Assembly (NCBI GenBank): GCA_964016885.1
Contig: OZ024740.1
Span: forward strand, 339,636,001 to 339,700,000
DNA length: 64,000 nucleotides
Source: Eledone cirrhosa
Taxonomy: Eukaryota
Reading direction: 5' to 3'
Positions within the stretch are counted from its first letter, which is position 1. Each line of letters opens with the position of its first letter. Made by a program: the position numbers and the translations under genes. The notes below the pieces were generated by a model that saw nothing but the letters and a program-made list of their open reading frames with translations, was not told where the DNA came from and did no database searches. Below, piece by piece: positions 54,089 to 64,000 of the stretch.

Positions 54089-55055
54089 TATGTAAATAAT
54101 AACATAAAGTGAATTATGGGAAACTTGTCTTCATACTCATTATTGCACCTATACTCTATTGTGCACTACCCAAATATTCTCACAGCACGTTTTGTAGATG
54201 CATTTGATGTGGAGTGCTTTATACTGCTTATACCATTATTTATTAGTTGGAGTGTTGCAAACGCAACTGCAATTAATTAACTATTTAATAAGACAATATA
54301 TATATGTGTGTGTGTGTGTGTGTGTAACTACAATTACAGGTGGTGCTCCATTCGAAGCACTCATTGCTGTTACAACATCCATCACTTAGATTGTACTCTG
54401 AGCTGATCCATATCAAAACAATTGTAATAAAACTTGTACATATGCTGCAACACTGCCTTCGATTCTACTTATTCTATATAAGTCTAATAATATTTTAGAT
54501 AGTCCAATATTAAGGCATATGCCCTATTATTAGGCTATTTTCTGCAGTCAATATATGGTGAAAGCTTCTAATTCTATTTTCAAAATTATCAATCACCACC
54601 ATATTCTAATTCACACATGGTTAGATATCATCATCACCGTTTTATGTCTGTTTTTCCTTGCTTGTGTATACATACATATATATACAGAAAGAGAGAGGGA
54701 TGTCCAAGCCTTGTTAGCAGGGAAATAGGACATTAAAACGACTATGATATATATATTGGTTATTAGAAAAACAAGTATTAATAAATGTATCAACAAATGA
54801 ATCTCATTTTTCTAATAACCAATATATACTATATTACTCCATGGATTACTCAATATTGGATCGATTTATCTTGGTAACATAATTCATATCAACCAGGTAA
54901 TAAACAGTTCCATTGATTACATAGACACAACTAAACTGGTAAGTTGTCTTTTCCTTTTTGACTATGCACATCCAAGTCACCCTACAATACAAAAGTGTGA
55001 GGTTGCCTACAAAAAGTGGATACATGTATTTTCTCTCTCATATATATATATATAG

Positions 55056-55875
55056 ATAGATAATTTAATATATCTACTAACATAAGCGCACAGATGTACG
55101 CTAATGCCAGCAAATACACAGGTTATGTCATAGTACCTAGGTGGTTCGATGCAGGAGGATGCAGAACAATAATATAAAAGACGTAAAATAAGAAAATTTA
55201 AAAAAAAATTTTAAAAAATTAACTTACTTACTTAAATTTTCACTCCAACTAATTAGTTTCTGCAATGGGATAAAGACAGTTACGTAATGAACTGTTGAGA
55301 ATTTCATTGCGTCATCAGGGAGGTCTATTCTCAGCCAAGTCTCCAGGCAATGCGCGGACACTGGGGACTCATATAAAAATAATAATAATTCGGTAAATGG
55401 AACAGCTATCGGGGACTGAATTCCAAGCACTGAAAATTCTCGCTGCCGCTGGTCAAATGGCCGATTCTAAAGAATCAATCACGTGACACTGAGGCTAGTC
55501 GGTAGGAATGGGATGGTAAGATGACAGACGCCTACTAACACCCCAAAAAAAAATTTAGTAGTGGTTTTGGCAGGTTTGCTCGACAAATCAGTGATTTGGA
55601 GATAAATATAGATAATTTAATATATCTACTAACATAAGCGCACAGATGTACGCTAATGCCAGCAAATACACAGGTTATGTCATAGTACCTAGGTGGTTCG
55701 ATGCAGGAGGATGCAGAACAATAATATAAAAGACGTAAAATAAGAAAATTTTAAAAAAAATTTAAAAAAATTAACTTACTTACTTAAATTTTCACTAATT
55801 AGTTGGAGTGAAAATTTAAGTAAGTTAATTTTTTTAATTTTTTTTTTAAATTTTCTTATTTTACGTCTTTTATAT
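55056..55875 (-). mobile_element. Non-coding Penelope-like/retrozyme-like element: 552-bp unit, 189-bp terminal direct repeat, about 80-bp inverted copy
   Basis: 55056-55244 is repeated at 55608-55796, and 55794-55875 is the reverse complement of about 55172-55257. Hammerhead motif inside; (TA)n on both flanks. Confidence 0.8.
55243..55322 (-). ncRNA. Type I hammerhead ribozyme motif
   Basis: Minus strand: cucc-CUGAUGA-cgcaaug...cauugca-GAAAC-uaauua-GUU|ggag. Stem I cucc/ggag, stem II gcaaug/cauugc with inner hairpin acaguu/aacugu, palindromic stem III aacuaauuaguu. Confidence 0.82.
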
Positions 55876-56088
55876 ATATATATATATATATATAGTTCAA
55901 GGAGACAACAAACAGAAGTACAAAAAGTCTTATTAGTTTCATGCTTTATATGGAAAGGGGGAAAGAAAGTTTGACATGTTGGACTTAAGCCCTTTTTCAG
56001 GAGTACAAGATAGAAACAGGATCACAAAGGACAAACAAAATTAAAGGAGGTCCAAGTAAAGAAGAAAAAACAAAAATAAAGAGTAAGT

Positions 56089-56130
<42 letters not shown>

Positions 56131-56978
56131 AGAAAGGTAAAGAGAGAGAGCGAGAGAAAGTTTTCCCTTCATTTAAATCAGTGTAATACATGAGGTTTAA
56201 CAAATGTTTATCACTACTGTTGTTAGAAATCAGACGTTTCTGTGAACTGTTGATCACAACAATCTTGATAGTATGACTTCAATATTCTTACCTAAGTTGA
56301 GGAGAACTAAAATGGTGTAATATGCTGCAGATTAAATCAATCAGCTACATAACTTCTGGCAGAAAGAATTATGTGCATAGTAATTGAAAATCAATATTTT
56401 TCAAATAGATAATGTTGTGATTTGATTTTCTTACTAGCCTCACTCAGTCACTCATTTTAAGATCTATCATCAAGCTGTTCAATGCTTGTTTAGATTGGAC
56501 TTCACAGAGACACCATCAGTATTAGTATGAATGCTTCCCAGCAGGGTACAGTGGTTTCAGAAAAAAGATTCCTTTAATGATTTTAGTCATTGAACAACAA
56601 CTATATTAGGGCATAGAAAATGTATTCAAATTTTTTTGTTTTAGTGATATTGGTTCTTGTTCTTATTTTACTGATGTCCATTTATCAAAAGTTTATTACC
56701 TTTGAACATAAAGGGATTCAATTTGACGTATTATTTCACACTGGTATAGGACAAACACATATACACACATACACATGTATATCATCATCGATATCATCAC
56801 CATTTTACGTCTCTCCTCATGCTTGCATGGCTTTAGACAGGTCAAAAGATTGTGTATTGCTCATACATTCCATTTCAGCATAGTTTCTATAGCTGGATGT
56901 CTTTTCCAATGATACCACCACTACCACCTGACAAGTGGACTTTTTTGTGGTAACAGCACTACAATTTTACAGGATGTG

Positions 56979-59546
56979 TCATCATCATCATCATCATCAA
57001 CGTTTAACGTCCGTGTTCCACGCTTGCATGGGTTTGGACGGGGGTAGTCCCACTTGAGGCAAGAGTGATTGTCTTGCTCGCATAGGACTGTCTGGCAGGT
57101 TTTCTACAGTTGGATGCCCTTCCTAACACCAACCACATTTACAGTGTGGGTCTGGGAGGTTTTTACCGTGTTGCCTACACGGCCACATTACAGCGTGGAC
57201 TGTGTGTTTTTTTGTCGTGACACCTACACGATCTCATTTGTTTCGGCCTGGATGGCGCGGCACCAACATAACTTTACATAGAACGGGGTGGTGTGGATGG
57301 GGTGGGGGTGGCGGCGGGAGGGGTGTATTTTGTTAGATATGCCTACTGGCAAGGCGGGTCTTCTCTGTTACTGAGTACCGCCAAAGGTCACGGTCCAGTG
57401 ACATTGTCTTGGAGAGGTGTAAGTGTGTGAGGTCGGAGTTTATCAGCTCATCCCATGTTTTTCTAGGTCTGCCTATTCCGTGGCTACCGTCTATCTTTAT
57501 TGCCCTGCACTTTGTAATACAGCTATCGACTTTCATGCGCATCACGTGTCCATACCAACGCAGCCTTCTCTCGAGTAAACAACATCTGATCCCTCTTATC
57601 TCTAATTTTTTCCTTAGTTCGTTTATGCTTTGCCGTTCACGTATATTACTGTTACACATCCAGCGGAGCATGCAAGCTTCGTTCCTCTCTAGTCTGCGTA
57701 TATCCTCTGCACACAATGCCCAGGTCTCACTACCATGCAACATTGCTGTTCGTATGCAGGCATCGTACAACCTGCCTTTCATTTTTAGGGAGAACCCTTT
57801 AGCAGCTAATAGTGGTATAAGCTCTCTGAACTTTTTCCAACCAGTTCTGACTCTAGCTACAGTACTTTCAGAGCACCCTCCCCCACTGCTGATTTTATCG
57901 CCCAGGTAACGGAAGCTGTCCACTATTTCTATAGAACCCTCTGCGCAATTGAAAGAGCTAGTATTTTGTGGGCACTTGCTGCTACTTATTGCACCAGAAC
58001 ACCGGCCACATGTAAAGTCTATGTTCTTAGTTAGCTTACCTGTGATCCCACTACATCTTTTATGCACCCATACTTTGCATTTAGGACATAAGATGGAGTT
58101 TCTACCTACGCCTTTCCTACATACCGAGCACGACCATTTCCCAGAAGGGACCGCCGCCTTGTTTTCTTTCCTACAAACTAGAACTTTGGTCTTAGCCAGG
58201 TTAATTTTAAGTCCTTTTGACTCTAGGCCGTGCTTCCATGTTTGGAATTTCTTCTCTAGCTCGGCCATTGATTCCGCTATGAGTGTCAGGTCGTCTGCGT
58301 ATAGGAGTTCCCATGGGCAGCCTGTCTTGAACTCCTCTGTTATAGCCTGAAGGGCAATAATAAATAGTAGGGGGCTGAGAACAGAGCCCTGATGGACGCC
58401 AACTTTTACGCTAAACTCTTCACTATATTCGTTGTTAATTCTAACCTTGCTGACTGTTTCTTTATACATGGCTTGTATAGCCCTCACAAGCCATTCGTCA
58501 ACGCCTAGTTTTCTAAGAGCCCACCAGATAATGGAGCGGGGGACTCTGTCGAAGGCTTTCTCCAGGTCGACAAAAGCTAAGTAGAGGGGCTTACCTTTAG
58601 CTAGGTACTTCTCCTGTAGTTGTCGTACTATGAAAAGAGCGTCTGTGGTGCTTTTGCCTGACACAAACCCGAACTGCATTTCATCTAGATCAATTCTCTC
58701 TCTGATTAGTTGCGCTATTACTTTTTCCGTGACCTTCATGACCTGGTCGATTAATTTAATGCCTCTATAGTTACTCCTATCTAGGGCGTCTCCTTTACCC
58801 TTATAACAGTTAACGATGATGCTGCTATGCCAGTCCTTCGGAACAACCCCATTCTGTACGACTTGGTTAACTATGCGGGTGACCATGTTGTGTCCCACCG
58901 TGCCAGATGCCTTCAGCATCTCAGCAACTATTTCCGAAGGCCCAGCCGCCTTACCAGTCTTCATATCCTTGATTGCCTTACTTATTATACTCCCCTCGAC
59001 TAACACTGCTGGTCCCTCTATCGGGTCGATAAGGGGGAGACTGTCTTTCTCCCATTTATTCTCCTCATTTAGTAGCCTTTCATAGTGACACTTCCAAGCT
59101 ACCTTCTTATCAGTGTCGGTGATGGCAAGTATGCCATCATCGTTAAGTACACACTTCTCCCCGACAATATCACGGTTTTCCTTGACGCATTGCCTGGCAA
59201 TCCTGAACACCTCACGTTTTTGGTCATCGCGTTGTAGAACATGCTTGAACTTTCTTTCCTCAGCTTCCCTTCTTGCTAAGTACACTTCTCTCCTAGCTTC
59301 CCTCCTGGCCACTTGATAGTCTACTCTACTTCCCCCATCCCGCCATACTTTCCAAGCCTGCTTTTTGGCCTTAATTGACCCTTCCACCCTATTGTTCCAC
59401 CACCATGTTACTCTCCTCCTGCCTACAGGCCTGCTCCAGCCACAGACTTCGTCTGTCGCCAACAGCAGGTTTGCTTTCAGAAATTTCCACTGTCCCTCTA
59501 TATTGTCCGATTCTAGATGCTCTTCCTTACTGTCGAAAGCATCAAG
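56979..59546 (-). mobile_element. RTE LINE family A2 (diverged relative of A1), 5'-truncated, RT ORF uninterrupted
   Basis: 709-aa ORF 57333-59462 with all RT motifs and the same Cys/His finger. Distinct 3' UTR and (CAT)n on + at 56979-57000. No endonuclease domain retained. Confidence 0.96.
57333..59462 (-). CDS. RTE ORF2 (linker, reverse transcriptase, PHD-like finger, C-terminus)
   Basis: NYRGI, QFGF, DLEKAFD, QGSVLSP, YADD, FRYLG, RRLRWYGHV, GRPRKTW. Confidence 0.92.
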   Translation of the reverse strand: MATDEVCGWSRPVGRRRVTWWWNNRVEGSIKAKKQAWKVWRDGGSRVDYQVARREARREVYLARREAEERKFKHVLQRDDQKREVFRIARQCVKENRDIVGEKCVLNDDGILAITDTDKKVAWKCHYERLLNEENKWEKDSLPLIDPIEGPAVLVEGSIISKAIKDMKTGKAAGPSEIVAEMLKASGTVGHNMVTRIVNQVVQNGVVPKDWHSSIIVNCYKGKGDALDRSNYRGIKLIDQVMKVTEKVIAQLIRERIDLDEMQFGFVSGKSTTDALFIVRQLQEKYLAKGKPLYLAFVDLEKAFDRVPRSIIWWALRKLGVDEWLVRAIQAMYKETVSKVRINNEYSEEFSVKVGVHQGSVLSPLLFIIALQAITEEFKTGCPWELLYADDLTLIAESMAELEKKFQTWKHGLESKGLKINLAKTKVLVCRKENKAAVPSGKWSCSVCRKGVGRNSILCPKCKVWVHKRCSGITGKLTKNIDFTCGRCSGAISSSKCPQNTSSFNCAEGSIEIVDSFRYLGDKISSGGGCSESTVARVRTGWKKFRELIPLLAAKGFSLKMKGRLYDACIRTAMLHGSETWALCAEDIRRLERNEACMLRWMCNSNIRERQSINELRKKLEIRGIRCCLLERRLRWYGHVMRMKVDSCITKCRAIKIDGSHGIGRPRKTWDELINSDLTHLHLSKTMSLDRDLWRYSVTEKTRLASRHI

Positions 59547-59850
59547 TATATATATGTATAATCCATGTTAGCATGGAAAAATAGACGTTAAACAGTAATG
59601 ATGATGATGATGATATATATCAGAAGATCCCGTTAAGGGTTAAAGCAGCGATTCTTTGCTTAAACTTTAATCTGTTATTTTAATAAATATATATACATAT
59701 ATATATATATATACATAAATACACACACACATATATATATATATATACATAAATACACACACACACATATATATGTATGTACATATGTGTGCATGTATAT
59801 GAGTAATGTTGAACAATAAAATAAGACAAGGTTTAGGAGTTGATTAATAC

Positions 59851-59968
59851 ACTGGTTTACGATCGTTTCAGGGGGAAAAAGAAGAGAACTTTTATTGATG
59901 TATTGATTAATTGAGAGCAATCATGCAACTACATACATCAATTCTGCTGCCTGTCCTCAGAAACAAGT
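59851..59968 (-). ncRNA. Type I hammerhead ribozyme motif, long stem II, slightly degenerate
   Basis: Minus strand: acuuguuu-CUGAGGA-cagg...auugauguau...auacaucaau...ccu-GAAAC-gauc-GUA|aaccagu. Palindromic acgaucgu. Confidence 0.68.
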
Positions 59969-60081
59969 TAAAGGGCACCAGAGACAACCAGACTAAGAGG
60001 AAGAAAATACATAATAATATCTATATATGTATATATAAATATATATATATATATATGTAGATAAATCTACCAAGATTTGAC

Positions 60082-60118
<37 letters not shown>

Positions 60119-60214
60119 TATATACATATATAGATATTATTATGTATTTTTTATTTTTATTTTATCTTTATTTTTAATCTTCATTATTTATTTTGTTACC
60201 CTTTTAAATCCTTC

Positions 60215-60249
<35 letters not shown>

Positions 60250-60918
60250 ATGTATGTTTGAAAATTGTAGATATGATGTACATTTATGTGTATATATTGG
60301 TTGAATACCTGTGTTTGTTTCCGATATCAATACACTTACATATGATTTTATTGGTCTATCTATATCTATCTGTGTATGTATGTTTGGTTATGTTGGTATG
60401 AACTTAGGCTTAGATTCATTCAGGTATGTATGTTTTAGAGTATAGATGTACATATGTTTTGTGTATATAAGAATGTATGTTTATATGCACATATATGTGT
60501 ATCTGTGTGCATGTATTTATGCATATATATATATATCATCATCATCATCATCGTCGTCATTTTAACATCTACTTTGCCTGCTAGTAAGTGTTGGATGGGT
60601 CTACATAGACCATGTCAGTACTGAAGTGGTGGATACCGATCTCTCAGACAAGCCAGAAATCTGTATGGTCTCACATTCTCCCTAGTGCACAGGGAAGATT
60701 GTCATGTCTTTGACACAACTGATGGTCCTCCGAAATGTATGTATAATATAGATATATGTGTATGTATAAATGTGTATATATATGTGTGATGTATGATATG
60801 GCTACTCCAGTACCTGGGAGAGGATAGATCTATTTTCTTAATCTGATGATGATGATATCTCAAATATATCTGATTTTTTTAAAAATCTCATTTATAGCTA
60901 TAAATGTGAGTAAGTGTC

Positions 60919-60978
<60 letters not shown>

Positions 60979-61090
60979 AAGTTTTATTTAAATTGTTGGG
61001 TTAACAACGAGTAAATATTTATAACTGATATAAAAGCACTCAACAAGTATTTGGAGTATATTTACGATTTATATTTAATATTTAATATCG

Positions 61091-61135
<45 letters not shown>

Positions 61136-61831
61136 AAAAGCTTTTATTCATTAATATATTATATTTGTTTATTTAATTACTTTTATTTTATTTTTACTTT
61201 TCATTCTTTATTTGGCTGTCCCTTCTTCCTCTTACCCTGATTGTCTTTGGTGCCCTTTTTAAAATAAAATTTCAAAACCCTTGTTTCTGTAGATGGCTGA
61301 CAGAATGGATATATTTTATTTAGGCTAAAAAGTATGGAGTAGCATAATTGCTACTGATTATTTGATACAGTGATAACATTTTTTTTTTTTTGCCCTTTGA
61401 TAGGATTGTTAATCAATGGATTAATTGACTACTACACCTTGTCTTGTTTGATTTCATTGTTCAACATTATATATCTAACTCTGTAGTTTTTTAGTTCTCA
61501 GTGACATGTAATAAGATACCATTTTTCCACAAAAACAAATTTAGCTTTGCTTTGATGGGATATTTATATAAACATTAAATTAAGTTCTAATGGAGTAGAA
61601 TATTTATGAGTATATATATACTTAAATGTATGTATGCATGTGTGTATATGTGTATGTATATATCATCAACATCATCATTGTTTAACGTCTATCTTCCACG
61701 CTAGCATGGGTTAGACGAGAGTTGTCCCACTTGAGGTAAGATCGGTCGGGTGTGTAAATATGTATATACACATGTACATATGTATGTATATGTATATGTG
61801 TATATACATGGGTGCATGTGTATGTATATGC

Positions 61832-62183
61832 GTGGGGACATAGAAGTAGTCGGGCTGGACACTCGATCGCACAGTTAAACCACTGGGAGTGAAGGACCCC
61901 TAGCCTTTGTCACGGCATTCTTCTAGGAGAAGGCAACTCAGGAAACTGGGATAACTCCGATATAAAACCTGCGGCTCAGTAGTAACCGATGATGTTGATC
62001 TTTTCTTCTTTTCGGGTTATAGCTACTGTCGCTCAGAGAGTGGGATTGGCTCAGTGCACAGTCTTTCCTCACTTTAAAAAATATTTTCATGCACAGGCAT
62101 TGCACGATAGAATTAATTAGTAATTATTAATAATGGTATATCATGCAATGGCCATACTCGATAACGAGGAGGCAGCTATCAAC
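61832..62183 (+). mobile_element. Approximately 350-bp non-coding retroposon
   Basis: Colinear end to end with 32870-33222. Confidence 0.7.
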
Positions 62184-62372
62184 ATATATATATATAAGCA
62201 CACACTCACATGTGTGCGCTTGTGTGTGTATATACATATGAAAGACTAGTGTCCGAAATGTTAAAACGCCTTTCCTACTATATCAAGCATTAAACTAATA
62301 TATATATCATTGTACTGTATTGATTGATGGGTTGTTTCTACTTACTTTTCTTGTATATATATATATATATAT

Positions 62373-62818
62373 ATTTCTAGGGCAGGTAAAATTCCAAAGA
62401 TCCATGGATGAGTTCTCTCTAGCAGTCTCTGTCCCTCATTATCGCTGCCATGTCCTGCGTCTCCAACAGACCAGTGTCTGATCTTAGGACATCAACATAT
62501 GTTAACCTTGGACTTCCTCTTCCAGTGTGAGATTGGTGTGGAAGTTGAACCTTCGTAAAGACCTGAAAATCCGCCTCTTCATTGCTGTAGTGGAGTCTGT
62601 GCTGCTGTACGGGTCTGAGACTTGGACACTGACCAAGCAACTCACTCAGATGGTGGATGGGTGCTACACGAGAATGCTAAGGATGGCTCTGAACATTAAT
62701 CAGTATACACTGAGGATGAAAAAGTCAGAGCTGTATGGAAGCCTCCCAAAAGTCAGCTCAAAAGTGACACAGAGGAGACTGAGGTTAGCTGGACATGCTC
62801 ACCGACATCCAGAGTTGA
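62373..62818 (-). mobile_element. LINE family B 3' end with 5' inversion
   Basis: 62378-62527 matches 16478-16630 (minus). 62527-62817 is the upstream coding part on + (KIRLF...LLYGSETWTL...RLRLAGHAHRHPEL). Confidence 0.88.
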
Positions 62819-64000
62819 TATATATATATATATACATATATATATGTGTGTGTGTATATACCATTATCATCATCATTGGAGAGAGAGAGAGAGGGAGGGA
62901 GATAGATAGAGAGAGAGAGAGACCATGTCTGTATTTGTGTTTTTACCAGTCTAGAAATCATGTTACCATGTCCTGTATGTACCTTAATGTAGTGGTTCGA
63001 CAAATAGACATTGATAAAATAAGTAACATACTGAAATCTATACTGGAGTTGATGTGAACAACTTTTGTCCCAGAATTGTATTCGCCAATCTATGCCTACA
63101 ATAGAAGATACTTATATAAAGGGCTGCACAATGGGATCAAACTCAGAACCACATGGTTAGAAAATGAATGCAGTAGTAGTTGCCATTCTTGTCATATTCA
63201 TGGCAGTGGTCATAGTCATCATAGTAGTAATGGCAGTGGTGATGATGTTGATGATGACTACATTTTCAATTTAATTTTATGGAGAAACAGTTGTTAATAT
63301 GATGATGATGATGTTTGTTGATGGTGATAATATTTGTGAGGATGATGATGGTGTTGATGATGATGATAAATTTGAATTTTCAATTAATTTTATGGAGATA
63401 AACGGTCATGATGATGATGGTGGTGGGGAAGGAGCATTCTTTCAGTAGGAGTTTCTAATAAGGTTGTTTTAATGTCCCCCTCTTCATTATTGAATTCCAG
63501 TTTATGAAATTATATCAGTTTTAATAATTTGAAACTAAAAACCCTTTTTAAAAATCCTTAAGAGCTGTCAAAAGAAATACCTATTAAAATCCACTCCCTC
63601 TTGCCCCCTCTTTGTTTACAATATACACTGTCTATTTGAAAACATGTCATCAGTTATGATGTGGGATTTATTTTAGCCGTAGGTCAGCTTTCAATGATAA
63701 ACCTATTAGCAGATATCTCTTATACTTGACCACCCCATCATTTTGATCAAGCATAGTGTTATCTATCTAAGACCTCCATTGATCAGGTCTGCCATGTACC
63801 TGTTCCTGAAAGGTTCCTCTCCAGAGTTCAGGCTTAGGTAAAATATTTTGTTGAAGACTAGCATTTTCTCAAGCAGAAATGTTTGGTATTTTATTTTATT
63901 AACACCTGAAGAATGAAAATCAAAGTTAACCACAATGGAATTTGAACTCAAAACAAAGAGCTGAAAGGAATTTTCTCTTAGACTAATGTTGTTGCAGATA

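Overview
AT-rich, microsatellite-dense animal DNA. The SINE and RTE repertoire looks like an octopod cephalopod (inference from repeat sequence only). The window appears to be almost entirely intronic. One convincing host exon (40022-40154, +) encodes a YWTD/LDL-receptor class B beta-propeller repeat. The rest is transposon-derived: three long 5'-truncated RTE-clade LINE copies, many LINE 3' fragments, three tRNA-derived SINE families, and piggyBac-, hAT- and mariner-type MITEs. In all three long RTE copies the reverse transcriptase carries an in-frame PHD-type zinc finger. The most striking unannotated signal is a set of small non-coding elements of several unrelated sequence families sitting in or beside (TA)n tracts. 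They carry type I hammerhead ribozyme motifs (four near-complete: 28552-28621, 40644-40709, 55243-55322, 59851-59968, plus several half-motifs). Several also have inverted or direct terminal duplications that break at the ribozyme, as expected for Penelope-like or retrozyme-type non-autonomous retroelements. Coordinates were counted by eye, and the ends of degenerate repeats are approximate.
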